Of a stretch of DNA of 64,000 bases, positions 12,698-22,230 are shown piece after piece (position 1 is the stretch's first letter; every line of letters begins with the position of its first letter). The DNA is from a virus. Taxonomy: Duplodnaviria > Heunggongvirae > Uroviricota > Caudoviricetes. The stretch lies in the IMG/VR virus record IMGVR_UViG_2585427757_000006. One strand, given 5' to 3'. The position numbers were made by a program, and so were the translations under genes. The notes under the pieces are model-generated. The model ran no database searches and was not told the DNA's origin. It saw only the letters and a program-made list of their open reading frames with translations.

Positions 12698-12845
12698 GTG
12701 GACTCCATCCAGTGTCAGAAAGAGTTGCGGCTGGCGATTGCCAGCCGCTTTTCTCGTTCCATCCTGGAACTGTGTCTTACCGACACATTGTCATCCTGAC
12801 GCCGATAAGATACATGATTTAAAATGATAGGTAAACACTTACTTA

Positions 12846-13436
12846 CTATTTGTTATAAACAAAACCAATATCTTTCTTGTGAGGCATATCTGCTGCTGAA
12901 AAAGCTGCGATCTTCGCGAGTCGATCACATATTTCATTTTCACGATGCCCGGCGTGACCTTTAACCCACTTCCAGCGAACATTATGTCGACTTGCGGCCT
13001 CATCCAGACGCTTCCACAGATCAACATTCTTTACCGGTTTTTTGTCAGAAGTCATCCATCCATTGCGTTTCCACCATTTCATCCACTGTGTCATGCCGTT
13101 TTTCAGATACTGGCTATCAGAGTGCAAAATAACGTTGCATGGATATTTCAAACGCTCCAGCCCGATAAGTGCCCCCATCATCTCCATGCGGTTATTGGTG
13201 GTGCTATGAAAACCATCTGAGAACTCGCGTTCCTCACCACGATACTGGAGAACGATACCGTAACCGCCCGGGCCACCCGGATTTTTAAGGCAAGAGCCAT
13301 CACTAAAGATTTTCACGGTTTTAAGCTGGGGATTGAACTCTACGACAGGCGTTGTGGGATTGGTGCGGGGGGAATTTTTGTTTTTGGCTTTTTTGCGAGT
13401 TTTTGCTTGCGATCGGGCTGGTGTCTTCGTCGTCAT
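12846..13436 (-). CDS. rnhA: ribonuclease H (RnhA-like)
   Basis: [34 protein letters not shown] motifs; start set at MTTKT with SD aggag; basic N-terminal extension. Confidence 0.85.
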   Translation of the reverse strand: MTTKTPARSQAKTRKKAKNKNSPRTNPTTPVVEFNPQLKTVKIFSDGSCLKNPGGPGGYGIVLQYRGEEREFSDGFHSTTNNRMEMMGALIGLERLKYPCNVILHSDSQYLKNGMTQWMKWWKRNGWMTSDKKPVKNVDLWKRLDEAASRHNVRWKWVKGHAGHRENEICDRLAKIAAFSAADMPHKKDIGFVYNK

Positions 13437-14018
13437 ATAAACTCCTGAATCAAGCGCCGCGCCGATTTTTCCTCGCGCGTGCGCACACGCGTGCGTGTTA
13501 ATAATTATTAAAATAAACAAATTACTTCCCAGAACAGGTTTTTATAAACCTGAACTGAACGAACGAAGTGAGTGAAGTTCACCTCGAACGAAGTGAGAGG
13601 TTGTCTTTTCAGGTAATACTCTCCCAGGGAGGTGAGTATAAAAATCTCTCACCAACCTGGTCGTTTCATAACCTGAAAAGTTATGGTCTAAGTCTACTGC
13701 CAGCTTAGACTTGGGAAGTTATGGATGACAGCACCCCAGAACCGAGATCTTCCCACACTTTATGAAGGGGAGTACTGGATTCAACCTCTCGAAACACCCC
13801 AGACTCGACAATCATAAAGTGACCCTTGTCTCTGCTCACTTTGGTTCCCCCTTCCCCGACACCTAAACGGCACCAGTTCTACGCTGGTAGTGAGCTTTTT
13901 TAAACCTGACGCCAGTGACGCTTACCCCCACCCATCAGGTCGAGTCTCCAGTCTACGACTGGAAACTATCAGATCTTAGCACTTACAATTCACTTTATGA
14001 ATAGTTTGTACTTATCTA

Positions 14019-14273
14019 TCATTGTGATTGATTATTTTCTCTACCATGTAGTTGAACATTCAAGGCAAACACCTCATTGATCAACTCACCTAAAAGCTGT
14101 TCAACAAGTTCGCGATGCTCGCCAAGATGCAAGCACTTAATTGCCCATTCGTACAAGTTGAAAGCCTGCTCACGATCTTTCATCATTTCACGAGCCTGGG
14201 CCAGAAAATCGCTCTCTACGAGCGCAACGACATTAGTCGGGTATGACATGTTGGTTTCCTTAAAGTGGTTCAT
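14019..14273 (-). CDS. hypothetical protein
   Basis: 84-aa ORF. Confidence 0.35.
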   Translation of the reverse strand: MNHFKETNMSYPTNVVALVESDFLAQAREMMKDREQAFNLYEWAIKCLHLGEHRELVEQLLGELINEVFALNVQLHGRENNQSQ

Positions 14274-14434
14274 AAAATCGATTTTAAAGCGTCTGCGAAG
14301 GGGTTCTAGTGGATTCTGTAGTTATGTTCAGGTCTGGAGTCTCTGATACAAAACAGCCTTCTTCCGTATATTAATAATTAATATGTAGTTATTTATATAT
14401 ACAGAAGCAGGCTAATTACAGACACCAGAACAAA

Positions 14435-15028
14435 CTAAGCAGCCTTCTTTGATGGTCTTTTTTTCCTGATCACATTCGCAGGATCATACCCTCCCAGACT
14501 TTTCATGACGTCCAAAGGGATCTTGCTTATAGAGTGCCCAGCGTCCTGACAGAATCCTCGAAAAACAACGAGCATACTGCCACCCGGGTTGATGTTTACT
14601 TCTACCTGACCCAGATTTACGTCAGGCTCGACAAACGCTACGCGGCCACCAGACAGAATAATCGTCTCATTCGCACACTCTGTTGCACGCTCATACCACT
14701 TTGTATCTAGGGATTGAGGAATTAGCATCACTGTTGTACCCCCGCGAGCCTGCTCACGTATAGCCGCATCAATCCAGGGGTAGATTTTGGAGTAGGGTGG
14801 ATTGAGGAAGGCAATTGTACCTGGCTGTCCCCATTCAGATTTCAAAGCATCACGCTCAACGCCTATGAAATTAGGCAGCTTTGCATTGTCCTTGTTGCAG
14901 GCAACGTCAACATCAAATGTCACTCCAAGATAACGTTGAATGGCAGAAAACAGCCAGTCAGGTGTTCTCCAGAGGTCACGAAGAGAGTTGTCACGCTTTC
15001 GCTGTTTGATTTTTTCGGCTGCAATCAT
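14435..15028 (-). CDS. phage-type N6-adenine DNA methyltransferase (Dam-like)
   Basis: WRTPDWLF and FLNPPYS motifs characteristic of the phage N6A methylase family. Confidence 0.75.
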   Translation of the reverse strand: MIAAEKIKQRKRDNSLRDLWRTPDWLFSAIQRYLGVTFDVDVACNKDNAKLPNFIGVERDALKSEWGQPGTIAFLNPPYSKIYPWIDAAIREQARGGTTVMLIPQSLDTKWYERATECANETIILSGGRVAFVEPDVNLGQVEVNINPGGSMLVVFRGFCQDAGHSISKIPLDVMKSLGGYDPANVIRKKRPSKKAA

Positions 15029-15211
15029 CTTCTTTCTCGATAGGTAAGTAAATACCTATTTTTGCATTTGATTTTATGTCTGGCAATCAAATAAAACGCG
15101 CCAGAAATGCAAACGAGAAGCTCTCTGGCGCGTTTTTGTGGTGCTGGGTATGTGATTGACTTACCCAGTACTATAAAGCTCTCTATGGGCTTTATTTTAA
15201 GTAGGGGAACG

Positions 15212-16021
15212 TCATCCAATAGTGTACTCCGCGACAAACTTCTTAACGATCGGTGATTCTTCGTTCAATGTTAGATTTCCACCGTCTCTAACGGCAATTC
15301 CTGTCGCTGGAAATACAGCCATCATTTGCCCAGCCTGAGTTGACGCAGTATTAAGCGGATACGGTTTTTCTGGATTGCTCATTAAAGCAATCTTAATACT
15401 ATTACTTGTAGCCTTCTTTTCTGTGAGAAGGTGTCTCATGGAAATTACCGTGTAAACACTAATATCTGGACCTCCGCTAAACCAATTAAGAAGGTTTAAT
15501 ATCTTATCCTTTGCTTTGACAGGCGCGTTATCGTAAGCGTCTAAGAAAATATCTTTTTCTAAGCCCGCTTTATTGAAAAACGAATCATCTTTATCACTTA
15601 AAGTAAAACGAGGACCTCTTGCAGTACGAGCTTTTTTATTTGTATTGCTATCATTTGACTGTTGAACTTTTAATTCATCATTAACCTCAACACACTCTTC
15701 AACCTCAATAAATCCCAATTGTTCTGGCTCGTTTTCGGCAGCTTCAACACTTTCAGCGTTAATTACGTTTATAGGCTCATGCGCTAACTCCAACTCATTT
15801 AAAGCAGAGCTGAAATCACCTGCTTTTTCTTCATTGAACAGTTCTTCGGCAACATCATCAGAACTCATGGCTACGCCAGCATCTAGGCCGAGCAGCAGAT
15901 CGTCAATATCATCAGTATTTTCAACCTGTGCAGCTTTTTTTACTGGTTCATCAAGTGATTGCAACATGGCTGTCAGCTCGTCCAGATCAGCATTTGTCAT
16001 TACATTTTCAACCGAACTCAT
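15212..16021 (-). CDS. hypothetical protein with highly acidic N-terminal half
   Basis: 269-aa ORF; D/E-rich first 120 residues. Confidence 0.45.
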   Translation of the reverse strand: MSSVENVMTNADLDELTAMLQSLDEPVKKAAQVENTDDIDDLLLGLDAGVAMSSDDVAEELFNEEKAGDFSSALNELELAHEPINVINAESVEAAENEPEQLGFIEVEECVEVNDELKVQQSNDSNTNKKARTARGPRFTLSDKDDSFFNKAGLEKDIFLDAYDNAPVKAKDKILNLLNWFSGGPDISVYTVISMRHLLTEKKATSNSIKIALMSNPEKPYPLNTASTQAGQMMAVFPATGIAVRDGGNLTLNEESPIVKKFVAEYTIG

Positions 16022-16179
16022 GTAAGTCTCCTTCTGTTTGGTTACATTTGCGTTTCGATGGCTGCATTTTGACTAAACCTATCAGGCGGAAAAGTATTAA
16101 ATACAGGCAGGAAATGATTGAAAGGCGACTGTTCTTTAAAAGAAAGCCTACTTTAAACTTTTTAAAGTAGGCTTTTGTT

Positions 16180-16737
16180 TTACACAATTTCAGAGGGTAA
16201 TTTAAAAAATCCGTACTTATTACGTGCCTTAAAGAAGCATTGCATCATTAAGTTTGTGTCATATAAGGCACTATGTGCTTTGGCATGATCGTATATAAAG
16301 CCAAGAGAGAAGGCCAACTCTTCAAGGCGGGGACGTTTACCGTCTTCTGTGGCCCACAATCCCGATAACATAGTATCTATAACAGGAACTTCTGGCAGTC
16401 TTACTCCATACCCTGAAAACTCGTGTCGAATAAATGGTATATCAAATGCTTCGCCGTTATGAGCAACCCACACACTACATGCCCCCATATAAGCGCCAAT
16501 TTCGCTGGCATGATTTGACAACAAAGGTTCAGCTGCGAGCTGTTCCAATGAAATGCCATGAACGGCTTGAGCTTTCGGATCTATGTTTCTGCGAGGGTTA
16601 AAACGCATCTCCAGACTATCAATATGTCTCTGTGTCTCCAGTTCATAGCGGGTAATTGCGATTTCAATAATTTTATGACCAGCAAGGAAATCCAGTCCCG
16701 TAGACTCGATATCGATGCCTGCAACAATCGTTGTCAT
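16180..16737 (-). CDS. DEDDh-type 3-prime to 5-prime exonuclease
   Basis: GIDIESTGLD, HNGEAFD, HSALYD motifs (DnaQ-like fold). Confidence 0.75.
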   Translation of the reverse strand: MTTIVAGIDIESTGLDFLAGHKIIEIAITRYELETQRHIDSLEMRFNPRRNIDPKAQAVHGISLEQLAAEPLLSNHASEIGAYMGACSVWVAHNGEAFDIPFIRHEFSGYGVRLPEVPVIDTMLSGLWATEDGKRPRLEELAFSLGFIYDHAKAHSALYDTNLMMQCFFKARNKYGFFKLPSEIV

Positions 16738-16746
16738 CAGAACTCC

Positions 16747-17166
16747 TTACAACTTCTTAGCGCCCTTAAGTAGTGCGCTACGTACAAATTGAGCCGCTTT
16801 TTTCAAAGTTTCTTCACTGGTTTCACAGACAATCGGATCTTTCCACTTACCTGACACAGTGTTGAGAATATTGATTTGGTTGCTATCCAGACAAACAGAG
16901 ATATAAAGCACCGTGCCACCAGCCAGCATCAAATGCATAGGAAACAGAGGCTTTTTACTGCCTTCACTGAACTGAGACATGGCGATGTTAATGGCTTCAC
17001 CCACTTGTGTACCAACAAGCCCCTGCGCAGTTTCGAATATGGCACGAATAGCCAGACGAGCCTCTCGATCGCTCATAAGCGACCGGGAATGTTCGTCCGC
17101 TACACGAATCAAAGCCTCTGTTGTTTTCCGATCCAGTTCATCTTCAAGCAACATTTCACTAAACAT
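16747..17166 (-). CDS. hypothetical protein
   Basis: 139-aa ORF. Confidence 0.4.
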   Translation of the reverse strand: MFSEMLLEDELDRKTTEALIRVADEHSRSLMSDREARLAIRAIFETAQGLVGTQVGEAINIAMSQFSEGSKKPLFPMHLMLAGGTVLYISVCLDSNQINILNTVSGKWKDPIVCETSEETLKKAAQFVRSALLKGAKKL

Positions 17167-17227
17167 TTTTTATCCTTAACCCATTTTGAGAGTTTTATTG
17201 TCGCAATGTCGAAGAGGCGAACAATTT

Positions 17228-17872
17228 CTAATGAACGGTCACTCGGCCACAGAACCGGTTTTCTATCTTTTCTACAGCGTTATCTAGCATTCTCATCACT
17301 GATCTGGCTCTTGCTTCAACTGTGCGATACCGGTTGGAAACGACGAAGGTTTGCAGATCTCCCCTTTGCGGATGCAGGTGAATTTTTGTCAGTTCCCCGC
17401 ACATCAACGCATCAATACGAGCGACATACAGACGGTCTAATGATGCTCGTTGTAACCGCAAGTAATCTCGCTCTGAGAGAGCGACCCCCGGGCGTAGGCC
17501 AGCAATGGCGTTAAAGTTTGAAATAGCAGTTTTGTGGCAAAACTTTTCGATATCGAGGGCTAACTCAATACACCGATCTTCATTTGTATGGCCGACCAAA
17601 TCCAACGTGTAGGCCATAACATCAGCAGGTGTGCGATCGATAACAAAGCCTTCAGCACCACGCGTAAGTAGCTCTATATGCTTTGCGATTTCCATTTGAA
17701 TCTGAAGCCGCTCATATAGAGGCATAGAATCACCTACTCGAACACCGAGGCGGCTCATCAAACTTCCGACACCAGCATCCACGTAAGGGATTCCGTAATG
17801 TTTGTCGATATATTTAGCCAGGGTTGTTTTCCCACTGCCCTGAGCACCAGTGATCCCAATCCGGTAATCCAT
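17228..17872 (-). CDS. P-loop nucleotide kinase (deoxynucleoside monophosphate kinase-like)
   Basis: Walker A GITGAQGSGKTT at N-terminus; located in nucleotide-metabolism block. Confidence 0.5.
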   Translation of the reverse strand: MDYRIGITGAQGSGKTTLAKYIDKHYGIPYVDAGVGSLMSRLGVRVGDSMPLYERLQIQMEIAKHIELLTRGAEGFVIDRTPADVMAYTLDLVGHTNEDRCIELALDIEKFCHKTAISNFNAIAGLRPGVALSERDYLRLQRASLDRLYVARIDALMCGELTKIHLHPQRGDLQTFVVSNRYRTVEARARSVMRMLDNAVEKIENRFCGRVTVH

Positions 17873-18348
17873 TACGACCTTCTGTATACGATCTGCGAAA
17901 AGCCAGGCTCTTCCTCGCTGGCTCGTTGGGTATAAGCTGTTTCAACAGGCACAAAGCCTAAATTACGCATCATGCTTGCCGGGAAGAATGCATCGGCGTT
18001 TGGCACATCAACGCCGATGTGGGAGAGCCAAATCTCTTCAACATGCGGCATGAATAGCGAGTAAATTTGTTCCCCGCCAATCACCCACACAGGCTCTGGT
18101 AATCGCAACACATCATCCACACCAGCAGGGTAGAATCCATTTGGTACAAAGCCATGAGAGCGCGTCAAAACGAGGTTATGACGCTCTGGAAGAGGGCGTT
18201 TGAGACTTTCCATCGTTTTACGCCCCATAACGACAGTGGCGTTTTTGGTGAGTCTCTTAAATAGCTTCAGATCGGTAGAACAACGCCAGGGCAGTTCGTT
18301 CGCTATGCCGATTTCATAGTTACGGCCAACAGCAGCTATCATCTTCAT
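17872..18348 (-). CDS. folA: dihydrofolate reductase
   Basis: MIAAVGRNYEIG, LPWRCSTDLKLFK, VVMGRKTMESL, VIGGEQIY resemble DHFR. Confidence 0.85.
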   Translation of the reverse strand: MKMIAAVGRNYEIGIANELPWRCSTDLKLFKRLTKNATVVMGRKTMESLKRPLPERHNLVLTRSHGFVPNGFYPAGVDDVLRLPEPVWVIGGEQIYSLFMPHVEEIWLSHIGVDVPNADAFFPASMMRNLGFVPVETAYTQRASEEEPGFSQIVYRRS

Positions 18349-18758
18349 TTGCTCACCTCATAGATGACCGGTCTATGATGAGAGTCAGCTAAAGCGGCAC
18401 GGAGTCGAGGATCGTGCACCAGCGCAGCGATAAGCAGATCGCCTTTATGCTCCGCTAATGTGCGCTTAATATGCTTCTCATAACTAGTGCTATTCGGTAC
18501 GAGGTGAAGCCAGTCGTAATCAACACCAAAATCTTTCAGCCATCGTTTAGTGGGCGCTTCAAGAGTTTCAGAGCGGCTACTGATAAGCACCACTTCAGCC
18601 CCTGAGCGAGCAAAACCACGCAACATACGGCTGGTGGGGAAAATGAGTTCATCACCGGCAATGAATTGGCCTGCATCCGAGTCAGATACAGATTTACGAT
18701 GGCTGGTATTTGCCAGCACACCTTCAATTTCGCATAAGACATACATACCTCTTGCCAT
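18345..18758 (-). CDS. HAD/5-prime-nucleotidase-like protein with atypical motif I
   Basis: VLCEIEGVLAN aligns to nucleotidase DMDGVLAD scaffold but with C-x-E in place of D-x-D; start set at MARGM, one nucleotide after thyA stop. Confidence 0.35.
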   Translation of the reverse strand: MARGMYVLCEIEGVLANTSHRKSVSDSDAGQFIAGDELIFPTSRMLRGFARSGAEVVLISSRSETLEAPTKRWLKDFGVDYDWLHLVPNSTSYEKHIKRTLAEHKGDLLIAALVHDPRLRAALADSHHRPVIYEVSK

Positions 18759-18759
18759 A

Positions 18760-19890
18760 TCACACCGCCACTGGAACCTTGATCCACGGTAGAGGGGCAT
18801 AGCCAAGAATAAGAATCTCGTCCCATTTGAAATCATCCAGCTCAGACCATTCATTAGGGAATATAACGACCGGATCTGAATGCTCTGGAGCCTGTCGTTG
18901 CATTAGCTCACACACACCTTCCATGTGGTTGTTGTACAAATGCACGTCAAAGCCAAAATGCACAAATGCACCGGCCATGTGACCCGTAATCTTCGCGAGA
19001 AAATGAGTGAGAATGCCATAGCCAGCAATATTGAATGGCATACCAACAAAAGTGTCTACGCTACGCTGTACGAGGCAGGAGTTGAGGATGCGTTTGGGGA
19101 TTCCAAGTTCATCCAGTTCAGCTTCAGTAACACTGCCGTCTATCTCCAGATCGTATAGCATCTTGGTGTAGATAGACTCGTAACCGAGGCGACTGTGTTG
19201 AAGACCAATGTCAGTTGCCATCGTTAAACGGGTTTCAAAATCCAGCTCACGACTCCACAAAGAGAAGACAAAGTGGCAAGGTGGCAGTTTCATATCCTCA
19301 AGCTCGCCTACGTTCCATGCGTTAAGCATGATGCGACGATCGGTAGGGTTCGTGCGCAGTGTATCGACAATACGCTGTAGCTGATCGATTTCACGGGACA
19401 GCACTACGCGATCTTCACTGATACCCAGGTATCCCTCGACTTTGTACCCGCGTTCACGGAAAGTAGCGATCTTGCTCAGATATTCACTATGGCTCACGAT
19501 GCGGGTATCTTCCCATCGACGCCACTGCTTACCGTAAACCGGCCCCAAATCGCCATTCTCATCGGCCCATGCATCCCAAATCTTAACGCCGTTATCCTTG
19601 AGAAATTGGATGTTGCCCGTGCCTTTCAGATACCACTCAAGTTCGACAAGCAGTGGCTTAAGATTTACCGCCTTTCCAGAAATAAGCGGCACAGTCCCAC
19701 CAGTAAGCATGTAGTAAGAGGGAACGTAGCAGGTGCTTAAAGTACCAGTGCCTGTGCGATCATCAGCCTGCACGCCGCTTTTAAGCACCGTCTCAATAAC
19801 TTTTGCATACGATGCGTTTGTTACCTGACCGTTCGTATGCTCACGATTCAAAAGGAGTGACACAAAAACCTCACAAAGATAAGTAACCAC
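18760..19890 (-). CDS. thyA: thymidylate synthase with two internal insertions; start codon uncertain
   Basis: DRTGTGTLS, WADENGDLGPVYGKQWR, RRIMLNAWNVGE, PPCH, MPFNIAGY, C-terminal PLPWIKVPVAV; track ORF begins at a GTG. Confidence 0.85.
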   Translation of the reverse strand: MVTYLCEVFVSLLLNREHTNGQVTNASYAKVIETVLKSGVQADDRTGTGTLSTCYVPSYYMLTGGTVPLISGKAVNLKPLLVELEWYLKGTGNIQFLKDNGVKIWDAWADENGDLGPVYGKQWRRWEDTRIVSHSEYLSKIATFRERGYKVEGYLGISEDRVVLSREIDQLQRIVDTLRTNPTDRRIMLNAWNVGELEDMKLPPCHFVFSLWSRELDFETRLTMATDIGLQHSRLGYESIYTKMLYDLEIDGSVTEAELDELGIPKRILNSCLVQRSVDTFVGMPFNIAGYGILTHFLAKITGHMAGAFVHFGFDVHLYNNHMEGVCELMQRQAPEHSDPVVIFPNEWSELDDFKWDEILILGYAPLPWIKVPVAV

Positions 19891-19927
19891 TTATTCATTG
19901 CGTGAGTTTACATTTATTGAGAGAACA

Positions 19928-19955
19928 AGACCAGACAGATAAAAAAATGGTGGCC
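19928..19955 (-). terminator. rho-independent terminator
   Basis: tggtggcc-loop-ggccacca hairpin followed by seven T on the minus strand. Confidence 0.6.
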
Positions 19956-20034
19956 ATAGGCCACCAAAAACGAATAGTTGTTTCAGAAATTTAACGCGCC
20001 AGCGCAATATACACAGATAGATAACTACCTACAA

Positions 20035-20904
20035 TTATTTTTTGATCATTCCGTACATTGCTGAGGCTTTAGCTTGCTCAACAAAGGAGGATAAATCGAC
20101 ATCACTATAGGTTGGAGACTTCAGAATCTTTCCATCGGAAATTCGAAAACCGATCATCTTATCGGTGCCATCAGCATGGCGAAATCCCAGGTCAGAAGAG
20201 TCGTATTTGCAGTTGGCCACAGCATGGCGACGCTCTTCGGCATCTGCAGGCCATAATTTTGTCATGTTGGACCGATGAATTTCGCCAACCAGCTCGACGA
20301 CATTGATACCGAGAAAATCAGCCAGTCGATAAGTCATCATGCACGCCACATAGATTTTGTTCATTACACGGCGCAGTTCCTGAATCAGCTCAGAATCCTT
20401 AACAGTCTTCTTCTCAAGTTTATCTGCCAGCTCTTCGAGCATACATGACGCCTCACGAGCTTCCTGAAATGGCATTGCCATATCATCGAAAACAGTGTTA
20501 CCAGGCACAAAAATTGTCTGCATAAAGCGATCAATGCTCTGTTCCTGCGTGTAATAAGTCATGCCGGTAGAAATACCACCTTTGATGGCGACCATCGTAC
20601 CAACACCAACGTATAAAAAGTCGGCCATTGCATCCAGCAGTTGCTCAATATCCCCATTCATTGCGGCTGGAATACCTTCCACTACAGCTTCTTCATGAAT
20701 CAGGCTTGCACGGAGACGAAGCAGCTCTGGTGTCGGCATAACGCGTCTCGGATGCTGGAAGAGTTCATGAAACTGATCGACCATCTTGTAAATACTTTCA
20801 GTGGCTACACCATGGCCTTCATGCAACTCATATGGTTCTGGCTTAAATCCAATGAGTCGATCGGTGGCAAGTTTCAGGTGGTCAGTCAGTTTGGTAAAGT
20901 TCAT
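20035..20904 (-). CDS. hypothetical protein, possibly MazG/HisE-like nucleotide pyrophosphohydrolase
   Basis: 289-aa ORF between thyA and nrdB; acidic helical EE-x-D pattern only weakly suggestive. Confidence 0.3.
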   Translation of the reverse strand: MNFTKLTDHLKLATDRLIGFKPEPYELHEGHGVATESIYKMVDQFHELFQHPRRVMPTPELLRLRASLIHEEAVVEGIPAAMNGDIEQLLDAMADFLYVGVGTMVAIKGGISTGMTYYTQEQSIDRFMQTIFVPGNTVFDDMAMPFQEAREASCMLEELADKLEKKTVKDSELIQELRRVMNKIYVACMMTYRLADFLGINVVELVGEIHRSNMTKLWPADAEERRHAVANCKYDSSDLGFRHADGTDKMIGFRISDGKILKSPTYSDVDLSSFVEQAKASAMYGMIKK

Positions 20905-20981
20905 GCTAGTTTTGCTCCTTCTTAATTCTTGTGATCCATTGTGGCCCAGCGTTGCCAGGCCACATAATGCTTTGTATCGGT

Positions 20982-22124
20982 TTACAGGTCTGCAAACTGG
21001 CTTAGAGAAGCCTTATCCACGGTAGAATCGATCTGACCTACCAGATATGTGCTTTGCTCTGCCTCTTGTGGTGCAATTTGCAGTGTGTCGGTTAACAACC
21101 ACTTGTTCATCCAGACCAGCGGATCAGTGGTAACTTCTGGAAATAAAGCCTTCAGGCCAAGACGATTCATAGCCAGATTGGTGCGGTATTTTACATAGGT
21201 TTTGAGAATATCCGCGTTTAAACCAATCATCGAACCGTCTTTGAAGAGATAGTCTGCCCAGTTCATTTCTTGTTCGGCGACTGATTTCATGGTGTCGTAA
21301 ATGACGTTTTCTTCATCAGCAGCAATCTCTTTCCACAATAAACCTTCGCGACCGGTACGCATGAAGCGGATCATGCGTTCAGTTCCTTCGCAATGCAGAG
21401 CTTCATCACGGGCAATAAAGCGCATAATTTTGGTGTTACCCTCAAGCAACTTCCGTTCACCAAAGGCAAACGTACATGCAAAACTTACGTAGAAACGGAT
21501 CGCCTCAAGCGCATTAATGGACACCAACGTGCGGAAAAGCTGACGATGCAAAGGGTATGGCTCCCAGCCATATTCATTTACGTACAGACGCTCAAATTCC
21601 TTCTCACCTAACGACTGGCGCTCGCAGGTCATCCCATAAAGCCTGTCATATTCAGCAGAGATACTGATCGCTCGGTTGATGATTTCTTCATCCGTAACAA
21701 TGCCGTCAAAAACAATGCTCGGATCGTCCACCATGCCACGAATAATGTGGGTGTAGCTGCGGCTATGGATAGTCTCAGAGAAAGACCACGTTTCAACCCA
21801 CGTTTCCAGTTCAGGAATAGAGATAAGCGGCAGCAGCGTTGCATTTGGACTACGTCCCTGAACTGAATCGAGTAACGTTTGATAACGGAGATTGCTCAGA
21901 AAAATGTGACGTTCGTGGTCCCGCAGCTTCGTGTTGAAGTCGATACGATCGCTCGAAATATCAACTTCTTCCGGCCGCCAGAAGAAAGACAATTGACGTT
22001 CAATCAACTTTTCAAAATCACGGTATTTTTGCTGATCGTAACGTGCCACGTTGACAGATTGTCCGAGGAACATAGGCTCTTTGGTTGCATCATTAGCACC
22101 CAAACGGAACGTTGAATATGACAT
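20982..22124 (-). CDS. nrdB: ribonucleotide reductase class Ia beta subunit
   Basis: Diiron ligand pattern incl. EAIRFYVSF and ARDEALH; C-terminal tail; 380 aa. Confidence 0.9.
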   Translation of the reverse strand: MSYSTFRLGANDATKEPMFLGQSVNVARYDQQKYRDFEKLIERQLSFFWRPEEVDISSDRIDFNTKLRDHERHIFLSNLRYQTLLDSVQGRSPNATLLPLISIPELETWVETWSFSETIHSRSYTHIIRGMVDDPSIVFDGIVTDEEIINRAISISAEYDRLYGMTCERQSLGEKEFERLYVNEYGWEPYPLHRQLFRTLVSINALEAIRFYVSFACTFAFGERKLLEGNTKIMRFIARDEALHCEGTERMIRFMRTGREGLLWKEIAADEENVIYDTMKSVAEQEMNWADYLFKDGSMIGLNADILKTYVKYRTNLAMNRLGLKALFPEVTTDPLVWMNKWLLTDTLQIAPQEAEQSTYLVGQIDSTVDKASLSQFADL

Positions 22125-22189
22125 GTGTTTTTCCTTTTTCTTTTTTGGTGCGTTTAAACAAGTTGTTATCTTATGTGTTTAAACAAGGC

Positions 22190-22225
22190 TTACAAATCAA
22201 AGAGAAGGTGGGGATATCCCCCACC
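22190..22225 (-). terminator. rho-independent terminator between nrdA and nrdB
   Basis: ggtggggatatcccccacc hairpin followed by a T-rich run on the minus strand. Confidence 0.55.
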
Positions 22226-22230
22226 ATATG

